Assembly: GCA_013239625.1 (NCBI GenBank)
Contig: MU053758.1
Span: forward strand, 1,240,001-1,304,000
Source: Lama guanicoe
Lineage: Eukaryota
Direction of reading: 5' to 3'
Length of the DNA stretch: 64,000 nucleotides
The notes under the pieces are model-generated. The model had not been told where the DNA came from. It saw only the letters and a list, made by a program, of their open reading frames with translations, and searched no databases. The translations under genes were made by a program, and so were the position numbers. Shown here one piece after another: positions 63,001 through 64,000 of the stretch (its first letter is position 1; each line of letters opens with the position of its first letter).

Positions 63001-64000
63001 CAGGGGGGAAGGAAAATGGAAACTGGTCTTGACTGTATTTGCATGGCAAGCGCACTTCTTCCTTTGAGATGTTACGTATCATTAAAAATAGCAAAACTTT
63101 CTAAAGGATGCTTTTACCCCACTTTACATAAGATAACATTGAAATGAGGGGATGCAACCTCCTCCCTTGGCACCCCCTACCATTGATGCTCAGGAAAGAG
63201 AAGGTCAGAAAAGGGGCCAAGAGCGTGTTAACATCCAGAAGGAAAAAAAAATCATCTCTCTTACCCACCCCACCTCCACCCAGAACTCAGGATCACCTGG
63301 GTTCTCTTCCTGACTCTGGGAAAGATGGAGAGGTAGGCCCTACGTGACACTGACTGGGGTCTGGGCATTCGTATTTCAGCCTGGCTTCTCCTATCTACAC
63401 CACCCCTGCCAGAAAGACCCCCAGCAGAACCTGGCCCAGAGAGGGAAGGGGACTGTTTCCAGGTCACGCAGCCCCCTGGGCGAAGGTGGGGGAATTCCAA
63501 CAGGAGACTCTGGACCCAGGCCCAGGCACCAGTTGAGCTGCCAGGCTGATACCCAGGCCCTGGATGTCCCAGGGACCCACTGGGTCCACTCACACCCTCA
63601 GCAGCAGCTTCACTCCTGGCTCCCTTGAGAATTGGGGCTGAAAGAGGCAGATTGAAAGGACACTCTTTGGGAACCTACCTGTCTTCATCCTCAGTTCCTT
63701 CCTTCTCCAAGCTGCTGGGTGAGGTAACCCAGGAATAATGTGACTCCCACCTTGGTGACGTCCCAAACCTTTGGTCCCACAGACATGCTGGGATAGAGTG
63801 CCCGCAGCCCTACCAACTGGGAGCTCAGATCCCAGCAAAAGCCTCCAAAAGAAACCACTTTTCCATGTCTGCCTCTGACTCCTCTGAAAATTTAGGGGGC
63901 TAATAGGAGGGGCTTCCAACTCCCTTAGTCATCCTAGGAAGCCAAGCTGAATAGCAGTGACTGATATTCACCCAACCACAAGCCAATTTTGTGGTTTCAG

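Noticed and set aside
1..64000. CRISPR arrays, operons or other prokaryotic-type systems
   Set aside because: Sequence is clearly mammalian; no regularly spaced repeat-spacer structure is present

Overview
Mammalian genomic DNA, most likely camelid (inferred from six tRNA-derived Vic-1-like SINEs). The only protein-coding gene I can support is TBX21 (T-bet), complete on the minus strand: 6 coding exons (51956->42563; 491+155+122+159+62+619 = 1608 nt, 535 aa), canonical GT-AG junctions, a CpG-island promoter near 52.2 kb and an AATAAA at 41799-41804. About 12 kb of upstream flank follows, with a 77-N gap at 62899-62975. The ~40 kb downstream of the gene is mostly transposon remains (L1, MLT1, MER63, Tigger MITE, MADE2, SINEs, a MER41-like solo LTR). 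Least-explained signals: (1) a ~0.7-0.8 kb CpG-rich element present three times (2.4-3.1 kb, 14.8-15.5 kb, and inverted at 17.7-18.5 kb); (2) a candidate retroposed 3'UTR just downstream of TBX21; (3) a 32-bp tandem duplication in the TBX21 3'UTR; (4) a convergent CTCF motif pair inside TBX21. I see no solid evidence for a new multi-gene system. Repeat family names come from remembered consensus sequences, not a database search.
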